A stretch of DNA of 64,000 bases. It comes from an uncultured Pseudobdellovibrionaceae bacterium (GTDB taxonomy: Bacteria > Bdellovibrionota > Bdellovibrionia > Bdellovibrionales > UBA1609). The stretch lies in NCBI GenBank assembly GCA_963803705.1, contig CAWDNU010000001.1, positions 416,001 to 480,000 on the forward strand. Direction: 5' to 3'. Shown piece after piece: positions 30,649 to 40,668 of the stretch. Position 1 is the first letter of the stretch, and every line of letters starts with the position of its first letter. The translations under genes and the position numbers were made by a program. The notes under the pieces were generated by a model, which worked only from the letters and a program-made list of their open reading frames with translations, had not been told where the DNA came from and did no database searches.

Positions 30649-31511
30649 TCAGTGAGGTACGCGCTAAGGTGACTATCAGCCCCTTTTTGAATTCAAAAAG
30701 ATTAGGCTTTATAGGGGCAGGAAATATGACTTCGGCAGTAATCTCTGGATTAACGGCTTTGGGTAAAATTTCACCTGGAAAGGTGTTAGTTGCTAGTCGC
30801 ACTCAGGGTAAAGTTACGGCATTAGAAAAAAAACTAAAAATTATCGGCTGTTCGAATGTAGATGAAGTAACAGACACTGCAGATATAATCTTTCTGTCCG
30901 TTAAGCCTCAAGACTTAGGTAGCTTGCTCGACAATATCGGCAAAAGTATAGACGAAACACAAACAGTGGTAAGCTTCGCGGCTGGATTTAATGTTAAACT
31001 TTTAAGAAGTTACATACCGCGAGCAGGTTCAATCATTAGAGTGATGCCGACCACAGCTGCCAAAATCAATCAAGGAATTTTAGGTTATACTTTTGAAACC
31101 AGTGAGGGACAGGTTAAGCACGAGTCTATGATTCGGGAGATCCTTTCAGTATTGGGAACGCCAATTTACGCAGCTGATGAAGAATTATTCGACGCGTTAA
31201 TGGTTGGGTGTAGTAGCGGTATCGGTTTTATTTTGGAATTTATGCAAATCTGGTCTGAGTGGTTAGAAGAAAAAGGATTTTCATCGGAAGAGTCAGCTAT
31301 TATGACTTCAGAAACTTTTTTAGCAACGTCCATGTTAGCAAGCTCTTCACCTGAAACCTTTGCTAAGCTTCAAAACCAAGTGTCATCAAAAAAGGGGGTA
31401 ACTGGTCAGGGGCTAGAGTCTTTTAGGGAAATGGACCTAGACCGAACACTTAGGATCGGCTTTGAAAACGCCTTGCTTAGAAGTGCAAAGCTTACTCAAA
31501 AACCTAAATAG
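30645..31511 (+). CDS. proC: Pyrroline-5-carboxylate reductase
   Basis: GFIGAGNM, VKPQD, RVMP, VSSKKGVT. Confidence 0.88.
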   Translation: MISEVRAKVTISPFLNSKRLGFIGAGNMTSAVISGLTALGKISPGKVLVASRTQGKVTALEKKLKIIGCSNVDEVTDTADIIFLSVKPQDLGSLLDNIGKSIDETQTVVSFAAGFNVKLLRSYIPRAGSIIRVMPTTAAKINQGILGYTFETSEGQVKHESMIREILSVLGTPIYAADEELFDALMVGCSSGIGFILEFMQIWSEWLEEKGFSSEESAIMTSETFLATSMLASSSPETFAKLQNQVSSKKGVTGQGLESFREMDLDRTLRIGFENALLRSAKLTQKPK

Positions 31512-31678
31512 ACCTCAAGTTTTATTGCAAGCGCTAGTGATGTGATTTGCTCTATTGAATCAAAGTTTATTAGTTAAAAAAATCTTTACAGTTCATAGCG
31601 CTGACTTTACGATAGTAATAGGGACACTTGATAATTTATTTAGGTAATTTATCAGCATCTACCATAGGTTGGTCACAT

Positions 31679-32248
31679 ATGAGATTTAATTCTGTTGATA
31701 TAAACGAGAAAACTTTCAGAAAAAAGATGTTTGGACTTGATCCTGACCAAATTTTTGATTTCCTAAGAAAACTATCTGTTGAAATGGATTTAATCACCAA
31801 AGATAAAGCGGATTTAAAAAAGCAGTGTAAAAAGCTTGAGACCGATCTTGATGAGTACCGACAGCGTGATGAGTTACTTAAAAATACGATTGCTAATGCG
31901 ACCAAAATGTCTGATCGAATCAGATCGGACTCCGACCGCGAGGCTAAGTTAATAATTAATGATGCTCACCAAAAAGCCGAAATGATTATAAGGGACGCAA
32001 AAGATTCTTTAAAAAATATTTATCATGATGTGGCAGATTTGAAGCGTGTACGCATGCAGTTTGAAAATAATTTGCGGGCGCTTATTCAATCTCATATCGC
32101 TATGCTTGAGCAAGGCAAACAAATGATGCCAGATCCCCAAGTGGACGCAGAATCTTTAAGAGCTAGAATGAGCAGCGTTGGGATGAACACTAAATCTCTG
32201 TCATCAGAAGCAGGTCAAATTATTAAAAATCATAATTTAGACCTCTGA
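31679..32248 (+). CDS. divIVA: DivIVA domain protein
   Basis: DINEKTFRKKMFGLDPDQIFDFL followed by coiled coil; follows yggS-proC. Confidence 0.88.
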   Translation: MRFNSVDINEKTFRKKMFGLDPDQIFDFLRKLSVEMDLITKDKADLKKQCKKLETDLDEYRQRDELLKNTIANATKMSDRIRSDSDREAKLIINDAHQKAEMIIRDAKDSLKNIYHDVADLKRVRMQFENNLRALIQSHIAMLEQGKQMMPDPQVDAESLRARMSSVGMNTKSLSSEAGQIIKNHNLDL

Positions 32249-32250
32249 TA

Positions 32251-32301
32251 TCTAGGTACCAGGTTCTCTAGGTGCCAGGTTCTGCTCTAGGTGCCAGGTT
32301 C
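32251..32301 (+). repeat. Three copies of 16-bp TCTAGGTRCCAGGTTC
   Basis: Units at 32251, 32267 and 32286. Confidence 0.85.
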
Positions 32302-32427
32302 CGAACGCTGGTCACGCTGTGTCTATTAGAGTTAGATTCTTAGTTTTAACTTGGTCGCTGACTAATTAGTATTTCAAATGATCAACGCTTATGCAATGAA
32401 CACGTAAAAAATAAGGCCTACCCGTAT

Positions 32428-32829
32428 ATGAAGAATGTAGCTTATGTGGTTTTTTTTGATGGCTTCTGCGGGTTGTGTAGTGGAGCAGTTGATTTCTTAA
32501 TTGCAAGAGACACACAAAAAAAGTTTAAATATAGTCCTCTTCAGGGTGAGTATATAAAAGCCTTAAATGTAAATATTGATACCAATAACTTAGACACTTT
32601 ATACGTGTATGATGGTTTCAAAATTTTTGAGAAAACCAAAGCCTGGACACTTCTAGCTTACGAGCTTGGTGGATTTTGGAAGTTCTTATCCATTTGCTCA
32701 AAGATCGTTCCTGTTTTTATCTTAGACTTTTTTTATGATTTAATAGCCAGATATAGATACAAGATTTTTGGGAAGAAAGAAACCTGTCGTTTACCGAGTC
32801 CAGAACAACGCGACCTATTTTTAGATTGA
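32428..32829 (+). CDS. DCC1-like thiol-disulfide oxidoreductase (DUF393)
   Basis: FDGFCGLC, YDLIARYRYKIFG...C. Confidence 0.9.
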   Translation: MKNVAYVVFFDGFCGLCSGAVDFLIARDTQKKFKYSPLQGEYIKALNVNIDTNNLDTLYVYDGFKIFEKTKAWTLLAYELGGFWKFLSICSKIVPVFILDFFYDLIARYRYKIFGKKETCRLPSPEQRDLFLD

Positions 32830-32851
32830 CTCAGTAAACTAAAATTTATTT

Positions 32852-33133
32852 TTAAAGCGCTCTGCAATTGGTTGGCTTAGTAAATGGAAAACGATCTTCA
32901 CACAAATCTTTAAAGTTAGACTCTGCGGTTCCAGTCACTTGGCCGTCAATAAACCCAGCAAAGTGTCTACAATTACATACAACACTTTTAAATGAATCCT
33001 CTTGGTCGCCTCTACATATAACTAATATACTTTTATCTTCTAATCCAGCCATACTTGTTACATATGTGGAATATCTAAAATTAAACACAAGGATTATTAC
33101 TGAATAGAAAATATAGTTTTTTTTCTGAAACAA
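32852..33133 (-). CDS. Small Cys-rich hypothetical protein
   Basis: Hydrophobic N-terminus and 5 Cys; no family recognised. Confidence 0.4.
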   Translation of the reverse strand: MFQKKNYIFYSVIILVFNFRYSTYVTSMAGLEDKSILVICRGDQEDSFKSVVCNCRHFAGFIDGQVTGTAESNFKDLCEDRFPFTKPTNCRAL

Positions 33134-33180
33134 ATTATTGGTGCGTTAAATAATTAAGCTCCAATCCTAAATTTATATAA

Positions 33181-34395
33181 TTATCTACTTAAGATTAAAT
33201 ATAAACTAAAAATAGTTAGTAAGCTTGAGATATAAAAAGGTCCAACGGTAAGTGTGCTGGCGTAGATGCTACCAGCAATAGCTGGGCCAATGATCCGACC
33301 TAAAGCGCTTAGTGATTGGGTAACGCCCATAACCTGGCCCTGGTGGTCTTGGTCCTCGTTTAAACTTATACTTCCCGTTAAGGCTGGAGATAACAAGCCT
33401 TGAGCAACACTTAAAATCGTTACTGGAATTATGAATAGGACAAGCGTAGGTGCCAAAGGAATAGAGCCTACTCCAAAAGCAAATAGCACTAAAGATGCCT
33501 TGATAAGTTTAGCTTCACCATACTTAGGTAGCATTTTTCTTACCAAAAACCCTTGGGTAAAGACTAAGATTAATCCTATATATGCAAAGCCCATCGAGGC
33601 TTGTTCAAGGTTAAGCTCGAACTTGTCTTTAACGTATAAAAATAAGCTCACTTCAATTAAAGCCATAGCTAAAGAGTTCAAGCCATAAGTTAAAAGCAAA
33701 TTTCTTAAATTACTTTTTTTAAAATACTGAAAAATAACAAGTATCTTTTTGTGGGCTGGTAAAGGTGTGGTAGTTTTTAGGTTTGGATAAATACCTTTGT
33801 TTATAATTTTGGGATTAGTTTCCGGTAAGTAAAAAATTGCAAAAACAAAATTCAGAAAACATAAAAAAGCAGCGGCTAGCGCTGCAGTCCACAAACCGAA
33901 AGGAGCTTCTAGCGAAATTTTAGCTCCTTGTGAGCTAATAAAGCCGCCAAAAAAAGGTCCTATTGTAAAGCCCAAACCAAAAGCAGCGCCAATAAGACCC
34001 ATCCGTTTTGATCTTTCGGACTCTTCGCTAATATCAGCAACCGATGCCATGGCTGCCGATATATTAGCGGCAAATGTACCTGCAAATAAGCGGGCCATAA
34101 ACATGGTCCAAAAAGTTGTGCTAAACGCAAATCCTAGGTGACTAATCGAGGCTCCTAACAGGCTGAGCAAAAGAATAGGTCTTCGCCCATATTTATCACT
34201 TAATTGTCCCCAGAAAGGGTTAAAAATAAATTGCATTAAAGAGTAGATTGACATCAATATGCCGGCTTTGAAAGCGCTCTCGCCTAAGCTTCTGCCAAGA
34301 TAGGGAATCAACGGGATTATCATCCCAAAACCAACTAAGTCTATAAAAACAGTAAAAAACAGTAGAATTAGAATACGTCTTGGTTTTCGAGTCAT
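33181..34395 (-). CDS. MFS transporter, TetA/DHA1 family
   Basis: DLVGFGMIIP, WGQLSDKYGRRP, GLGFTIGP. Confidence 0.92.
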   Translation of the reverse strand: MTRKPRRILILLFFTVFIDLVGFGMIIPLIPYLGRSLGESAFKAGILMSIYSLMQFIFNPFWGQLSDKYGRRPILLLSLLGASISHLGFAFSTTFWTMFMARLFAGTFAANISAAMASVADISEESERSKRMGLIGAAFGLGFTIGPFFGGFISSQGAKISLEAPFGLWTAALAAAFLCFLNFVFAIFYLPETNPKIINKGIYPNLKTTTPLPAHKKILVIFQYFKKSNLRNLLLTYGLNSLAMALIEVSLFLYVKDKFELNLEQASMGFAYIGLILVFTQGFLVRKMLPKYGEAKLIKASLVLFAFGVGSIPLAPTLVLFIIPVTILSVAQGLLSPALTGSISLNEDQDHQGQVMGVTQSLSALGRIIGPAIAGSIYASTLTVGPFYISSLLTIFSLYLILSR

Positions 34396-34435
34396 GATTT
34401 TAATTTACACCTGTTCAATTACAAAATGAATTTAT

Positions 34436-35506
34436 ATGATAAATATAATGAAACTTTATATTTTAATTTTTCTAATGCTAGCATTTTATTCATCAAAAGT
34501 CTTAGCAGACTTAGCACACAGAAATTTACCATATTTCAGCCCTCAGAGATTGCAGTTAGGTATTGAGTTTCAAAGCTTTAGTGCTGATTCAAACTTTCTA
34601 AGTGACGGCAGTAAAGAGACGCTGCCTGCTGGGTTTAAATTTTTGACTTATGACATAGTTCTTTCAACAATGTATGACCTAAATGATTTATGGGCTATAT
34701 CGGCAGACTTAGGTCTTGGATATGCTGAAAGTTTTGACAATACAGATTTTAGAAATAGCCGCGAAATCAAGGACCTGAAGCTAGGGTTATGGCGCTTATT
34801 TGATAAAAAAGAGTACGGAAGATTTACAGTAGACGGGTTTTATTTATTTAACTTTATTGAGAATAATATATCCAAAGATGAGGTATCCTTAACCGACGGA
34901 GTTTCCTGGCTTCAACTTGGAGTCTGGTGGGAGCCGGATCTAGGTCGCTCACAGGCTAACTACGATAAATATAAAAATCGTTCTGCCAACAAGTATTTAA
35001 TTCGAACATACTTAGGCTTTAGGACCAGGCCAGGGTATTCTGATGTCATAATTTATAAAATCCATCCACAGTTTTCATATAAAAAATTTATTTATGGGGC
35101 AGAATTAAATGGATTAATCACTGTGATTAAAGAAAGTGAGGCGGCCCGAATTGATAAAGAAGTGCTAAATGTTGAGTACAATGCATCGGTCTTCAGATAC
35201 AACGCTTGGAATCCAAACACAGTCGAGGCTATGGCATGGGCTGGCTACCAAACCAGCCCCTACAGTCAAATTCGTTTTGGGGCTTCTCAGGTTGTTGGCC
35301 TCAAAAATGTAGCAGAGGGTTTTGGCTTCTTTTTTGAGTGGCAAACGTCTATGACTATTACGCCTTCCGGACTTTTCTTTTCAGATATTTTTGAAAATTC
35401 CCAAAAATCGAATCCTAGAAAGAATAATATGGAAATTAAGAACTATGGTAAGGATCTTAATGAAGGCACACCAAAAGTTAAACCTTCGAGCCTTCAAGAT
35501 CTGTGA
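34436..35506 (+). CDS. Hypothetical outer-membrane beta-barrel-like protein
   Basis: Signal peptide and aromatic-rich beta strands. Confidence 0.6.
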   Translation: MINIMKLYILIFLMLAFYSSKVLADLAHRNLPYFSPQRLQLGIEFQSFSADSNFLSDGSKETLPAGFKFLTYDIVLSTMYDLNDLWAISADLGLGYAESFDNTDFRNSREIKDLKLGLWRLFDKKEYGRFTVDGFYLFNFIENNISKDEVSLTDGVSWLQLGVWWEPDLGRSQANYDKYKNRSANKYLIRTYLGFRTRPGYSDVIIYKIHPQFSYKKFIYGAELNGLITVIKESEAARIDKEVLNVEYNASVFRYNAWNPNTVEAMAWAGYQTSPYSQIRFGASQVVGLKNVAEGFGFFFEWQTSMTITPSGLFFSDIFENSQKSNPRKNNMEIKNYGKDLNEGTPKVKPSSLQDL

Positions 35507-35642
35507 GCCTGACGTCTAAGGCATGAAAATGTCTTTATTGAGTTTTGCAAGTTCAAGAAGATTAACTAATAAAATTGTTTTAGGCTGATTTTTTGACCGA
35601 AGTGTTTTATATCCACTGTACTAGATTAGAAGGGGAGCAATT

Positions 35643-38348
35643 ATGTTAGAAAGTGTTTCTGAAGTAGATTTTGAAAAACAGTACGATCCTACCCACGTTG
35701 AATCCAAAATTTATAAAAAATGGATGGATAAGGGCTGTTTTCACGCAGAAGACCAGTCCACCAAACCTCCTTTTTCGGTGATTTTACCGCCACCAAATAT
35801 TACTGGCTTTTTGCATTTAGGGCATGCTTTGGATCATACAATCCAGGATGTTTTAGTCAGATGGAAAAGGATGTCTGGTTACAACACTGTCTGGTTACCA
35901 GGAATTGATCATGCGGGGATCTCTACTCAAAGTGCTGTTGAAAAAAATTTAGCTAAAGAATGTTTGTCTAGAATTGAAATGGGCCGAGAAAAATTTGTCG
36001 AAAAGGTATGGGACTGGAGACACCAATTTGGAAATCGCATTGTTGACCAAATGAAAAGACTTGGAAACTCTTGTGACTGGGATCGTTTAACATTTACGCT
36101 TGATGATGGTGTATCTAATGCGGTTCGAAAAGTTTTTGTAAATCTTTATAAGAAAAAAAGAATTTATAAAGGTATGAAGCTTGTAAATTGGAGCCCAAAA
36201 CTTGAAACAGCCATTTCTGATATTGAGGTAGAATATAAAGAGGTCAAAGGCAAGCTTTACCATTTGGCCTATTCGCTGGAAGATGGTTCTGGAGAGCTTA
36301 TAGTTGCAACCACCAGACCAGAAACTATGCTAGGTGACACCGCTGTTGCCGTTCACCCTGATGACAAAAGGTATAAGTCTTGGGTGGGAAAGTCGTTGGT
36401 ACTACCTTTAACAGGTCGAAAAATTCCTATAATTTCTGATAGCTATGTTGATCAGGAGTTTGGCTCTGGTGCCGTTAAAATTACACCGGCGCATGATTTC
36501 AACGACTATGAGATGGGCTTGCGACACGAGCTTGAAATGATTAACATTTTGAACTCTGATGGAACTATTGTTGAAGGCTACGGGGACTTATCGGGTTTAA
36601 AAGCCCAAGAGGCGCGAAAAAAAATTGTTGAAACATTAGAAAAAAACAACGTAATAAAGAATATTGAAAATCACACACATTCGGTGGGTCATTGTAGCAA
36701 GACAGGCGCTGTGGCTGAGCCGTTCTTATCAGAGCAGTGGTTTTTAAAAATGTCAGATTTGGCAATCCCTGCCATTAAAGCCGTAGAAAATGGGACAACA
36801 AAGTTTATTCCTGAAAATTGGACGAAAACTTATATGCACTGGATGCACAACATAGAAGACTGGTGCATATCCAGGCAGCTTTGGTGGGGACACCAGATAC
36901 CAGTATGGTATTGTAAAGACTGCGATCAAGTGAATGTTTCTGAAAACGATGTAACAAAATGTGAAAAGTGTGGCTCTGACAATATTTTTCAAGATCCAGA
37001 TGTGCTTGATACTTGGTTTAGCTCTGCCCTATGGCCTTTTTCGACTTTGGGGTGGCCCGAAGACACTGAAGCTTTAAAAACATTTTATCCTACTAATGTT
37101 CTGGTAACCGGCCACGATATTATATTTTTTTGGGTGGCTAGGATGATGATGCAGGGTTTAGAGTTTCAAAAAGATGTTCCATTTAGAACGGTTTATATTC
37201 ATGGTTTAGTTCGGGATTCACAAGGACGTAAGCTGTCTAAGTCTTTAGGCAATTCAACTGATCCTGTCGAGACTATCGATCAAGTAGGGGCGGATGCCTT
37301 AAGAATCACTTTAATGTCCCAGCTCAATACAGGTAAAGACTTAAAGTTTTCCGAGCAACGCTTGGAATCCAATAGAAACTTTATAAACAAAATATGGAAT
37401 GCAACCCGATTCGCGTTTGGATCCGCAGATTTAAAATCTATAGAGCAAAAAGCTTTTTCTGAACTTAGTGCTAAATCCAAGATATCCGTGTTTGACCAAT
37501 GGATTATATATAAACTTGGAGAAGTTATAAAAAACGTAAACGATAATTTGGAAAGTTATAAATTTTCAGAAGCCGTTCAAGACTTGTACTCATTTTTATG
37601 GAACGATTTCTGTGACTGGTATTTAGAGTTCTCAAAACCTAGCCTATATAATAAAGAAGCTAGTTTCGCTAGCGAGCGCGCCGCCACTTCGCTTATTTTA
37701 TTTCAAACTTTGGGACGGGCTTTGCAGCTGATGCATCCCTTCATACCTTTTATTACTGAAGAGCTTTATGAAAAGTTGCCGGTCAAGGATACCGAAATGA
37801 TCGTGGACTCTGACTTCCCTAATCAAAAAAATAGTAAAGAATGGTTATCTATGGGAAGCGTAGAAGCTTGGGAAGAGGTTGAGCTTTTAAAAAAAGTAAT
37901 TACAGCAATAAGAAATATCAGAGGTGAAAACTCTATCCCATTAAGCTTAGAAATCGCTGCCTATGTTGTTCCAAAAGACGAGGTTTCACAAAAAATTCTA
38001 ACTTTTCATTCGGATTTGATACAAAAGTTTTGTAAATTATCTAGTATTATCTTTGAAGCCAAAAAGGATCTATCAAAGTGTGCTGTGACACCCGTTCACT
38101 TCCAAGGTTCAAGTGTCGATGTGATCATCCCTTTAGAAGGTATTGTAGACATTGACGAAGAAATAAAACGCTTAAAAAAATCAATCGAAAAAGTAAATAA
38201 AGACATATCTATTTTGTCTAAAAAACTGAAAAACGAAAGTTTTATCAGAAATGCACCCAAGGAATTAGTCGAAACAGATAAAAGCTTGTTAAAAGATGCA
38301 GAAATGAAATTTAGGACTCTGCAAGACAGCTTAAATCGGTTAAGCTAG
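35643..38348 (+). CDS. valS: Valine--tRNA ligase
   Basis: PPPNITGFLHLGH, WCISRQLWWGH, KLSKS, C-terminal coiled coil. Confidence 0.98.
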   Translation: MLESVSEVDFEKQYDPTHVESKIYKKWMDKGCFHAEDQSTKPPFSVILPPPNITGFLHLGHALDHTIQDVLVRWKRMSGYNTVWLPGIDHAGISTQSAVEKNLAKECLSRIEMGREKFVEKVWDWRHQFGNRIVDQMKRLGNSCDWDRLTFTLDDGVSNAVRKVFVNLYKKKRIYKGMKLVNWSPKLETAISDIEVEYKEVKGKLYHLAYSLEDGSGELIVATTRPETMLGDTAVAVHPDDKRYKSWVGKSLVLPLTGRKIPIISDSYVDQEFGSGAVKITPAHDFNDYEMGLRHELEMINILNSDGTIVEGYGDLSGLKAQEARKKIVETLEKNNVIKNIENHTHSVGHCSKTGAVAEPFLSEQWFLKMSDLAIPAIKAVENGTTKFIPENWTKTYMHWMHNIEDWCISRQLWWGHQIPVWYCKDCDQVNVSENDVTKCEKCGSDNIFQDPDVLDTWFSSALWPFSTLGWPEDTEALKTFYPTNVLVTGHDIIFFWVARMMMQGLEFQKDVPFRTVYIHGLVRDSQGRKLSKSLGNSTDPVETIDQVGADALRITLMSQLNTGKDLKFSEQRLESNRNFINKIWNATRFAFGSADLKSIEQKAFSELSAKSKISVFDQWIIYKLGEVIKNVNDNLESYKFSEAVQDLYSFLWNDFCDWYLEFSKPSLYNKEASFASERAATSLILFQTLGRALQLMHPFIPFITEELYEKLPVKDTEMIVDSDFPNQKNSKEWLSMGSVEAWEEVELLKKVITAIRNIRGENSIPLSLEIAAYVVPKDEVSQKILTFHSDLIQKFCKLSSIIFEAKKDLSKCAVTPVHFQGSSVDVIIPLEGIVDIDEEIKRLKKSIEKVNKDISILSKKLKNESFIRNAPKELVETDKSLLKDAEMKFRTLQDSLNRLS

Positions 38349-38353
38349 TAAGA

Positions 38354-40657
38354 ATGAGTTTAAATATATCTAATAAAAATCATGGTTTTATAAAAAGGCA
38401 CCCGGATGGGTACGCTTTTTTTATTTCAAAAAATGATAGTCAAAGTGATGTTTTCATATCAGCTGACGATTTGAATGGAGCTATGTCGAATGACTTGGTT
38501 GAAATTCAAATATTTAGCAATTTTAAAGGGGAAAAGCCCAGAGGGCGTGTTCAAAAAATTATTGAGCACCATTTCACAACTGTTGTTGGTCGCATGGATG
38601 CCGACGGAGATCATTATATTTTAAAAGATCTTTCTTCAGTTTGGGGTGACGATCTGTTAGTGCCAAGTAACCATGTGGGCGTTGCAAAGCCGGGTGAGCT
38701 TGTACTGGTTGAAATTCTATCTTATCCGGGTACGAAGAAAGGTTTTGTCGGAAAAGTTATATCAAGTTTAGGCCAACCAAGTGATCCTGCTGTAGATATT
38801 AAGCGGATTGCAATGACCCAAGGTATTCCGATGCAATTCCAAAATGCATCTTTGGTAGATGTCGATAAATTTGGAACTGACATACCACAAAGTGAAATAA
38901 AGAAAAGAAAAGACTTAAGATCCTTAGAGCTAGTTACTATAGACGGAGCGACTGCAAAGGATTTTGATGATGCTGTGTTCGTTGAAAAAAAAGGTAGCAA
39001 CTTTCGTCTTATTGTAGCAATTGCTGATGTTAGTTTCTATGTCCAAGAGGGAATGAGCGTAAATACAGAAGCTTATGAACGTGGCACCAGCACTTATTTT
39101 CCTAATTTTGTTATTCCTATGCTTCCAGAAGGTTTATCAAATGAACTTTGTTCTTTGAAACCAGATGTTGATCGATTGGCAATGGTTGCAGATATGGTCA
39201 TAGATTCTTCAGGTCGTTTTTTAAATTATGAATTTTACGAGGCCGTCATAAAGAGCCATGCACGGCTGACTTACGGTGATGTTCAAAGAGTTCTTGATGG
39301 CTCAGATGTACCTGAATTAAAACATTTAGAGGATCGCTTAAAGCTTTCTGAGACCCTAGCAAACATTCTAAAAAAGAAGCGATTTGATGAAGGGTCATTG
39401 GATCTAGATATCCCCGAGGTGCTTGTCGAGGTGGATGATCAAGGACAAGCCGTTGATATTCATCTGTCTGAACGAATTTTTGCTCATCGTTTGATTGAAG
39501 AATTTATGCTGAAAGCCAATATCGCTGTAGCTGAGTTTATCGATAAAAAAGGAAAAGCTCAGCTTTACAGAGTACATGAAGAACCAGATATTTTAGCCTT
39601 AGATACTTTTATGAGATTTTTTAATCAATTTACAAATTTTAAGCACCAATCACCTGACCCAAGTGAAATCTGCGCAGTGTTATCTAGCATTGAAGGCAAA
39701 GAAAAAAATATTCTACAGACACTTTTTCTAAGGTCGATGAGACAAGCAAAATACAGCCCAGAAGACATTGGTCATTTCGGTTTAGCTTTTTCTCATTATG
39801 CCCATTTTACTTCACCAATTAGACGCTACCCTGATCTGATCACACACCGTATTTTAAAAAGCATAGTGAAGGGAACTGGTGCAGTGTCTTATACCGAATC
39901 TGAATTGACTGAAAAATCTGAATACTTAAGTCAATGTGAACAGCGCTCTGTTAAAGCCGAAAGAAAAGTTAAGTCTATAAAAAAAGCGCGCTTCGCGGAA
40001 AAACTGTTAGGTAGCGAATTTGAAGGTTCGATCACATCAGTTGCTCGCTTTGGAATTTTTATCACCCTAGATCAGTATCCACTTGAAGGTATGGTTAGAA
40101 TCGGTGATCTGGGCTCGGATTACTTTGTCTTTAATGAAGAGCAAATTAGTTTAGTTGGGCAGCGCTCGGGTAAGCAGTTTAAATTAGGAGACCGGGTTAA
40201 AGTAACATTGGCCCAAGTTAATATTGAAGATGGTTTTATTGACCTGACTCTTGAAGAACACCAGGGGCGTGCACAATCAAAAGCTATTTCTTCATGGCTG
40301 AGTAAAGATGGGGCCAAAAAGAAGAATCCTAAATTTAAAGGTAAAAGGTCTAGATCAAAGTTCAGTCGAAAGTCTACAGCAAAGTCATCGGATCGCTCTG
40401 AAAAGAAAGTCCCCGAGCACCACAAAAAAAGATTTTTAAATAAACTAGATTCCGAAAGCGAACAGAAAGGCTCGGCTGGCTCTAAGGAAAGATCTGCTAA
40501 TAAGTTTGCGAAAAAATCAGGATCAAACAGTAGCTCTAAAAACAATTCTAACAAAGAAGATGAAAGTAGATCTAAAAAAAGCGGTGGCAAAGTTAAAGCT
40601 AGTGATCTATTTAGTTCGTCTCATCGACGAATTGGCTTCGGAAAAAATAAAAAATAA
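38354..40657 (+). CDS. rnr: Ribonuclease R
   Basis: TIDGATAKDFDDA, HFTSPIRRYPD, S1 domain, basic tail. Confidence 0.96.
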   Translation: MSLNISNKNHGFIKRHPDGYAFFISKNDSQSDVFISADDLNGAMSNDLVEIQIFSNFKGEKPRGRVQKIIEHHFTTVVGRMDADGDHYILKDLSSVWGDDLLVPSNHVGVAKPGELVLVEILSYPGTKKGFVGKVISSLGQPSDPAVDIKRIAMTQGIPMQFQNASLVDVDKFGTDIPQSEIKKRKDLRSLELVTIDGATAKDFDDAVFVEKKGSNFRLIVAIADVSFYVQEGMSVNTEAYERGTSTYFPNFVIPMLPEGLSNELCSLKPDVDRLAMVADMVIDSSGRFLNYEFYEAVIKSHARLTYGDVQRVLDGSDVPELKHLEDRLKLSETLANILKKKRFDEGSLDLDIPEVLVEVDDQGQAVDIHLSERIFAHRLIEEFMLKANIAVAEFIDKKGKAQLYRVHEEPDILALDTFMRFFNQFTNFKHQSPDPSEICAVLSSIEGKEKNILQTLFLRSMRQAKYSPEDIGHFGLAFSHYAHFTSPIRRYPDLITHRILKSIVKGTGAVSYTESELTEKSEYLSQCEQRSVKAERKVKSIKKARFAEKLLGSEFEGSITSVARFGIFITLDQYPLEGMVRIGDLGSDYFVFNEEQISLVGQRSGKQFKLGDRVKVTLAQVNIEDGFIDLTLEEHQGRAQSKAISSWLSKDGAKKKNPKFKGKRSRSKFSRKSTAKSSDRSEKKVPEHHKKRFLNKLDSESEQKGSAGSKERSANKFAKKSGSNSSSKNNSNKEDESRSKKSGGKVKASDLFSSSHRRIGFGKNKK

Positions 40658-40668
40658 CTTCGACAACT

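Noticed and set aside
32251..32301. CRISPR array
   Set aside because: Repeats are 16 bp with 0-3 bp between them; no cas genes
40120..40590. Antisense or shadow ORFs (this one, 166-351, 16479-16895, 59340-59765 and similar)
   Set aside because: They overlap well-supported genes on the opposite strand or frame and have no motifs
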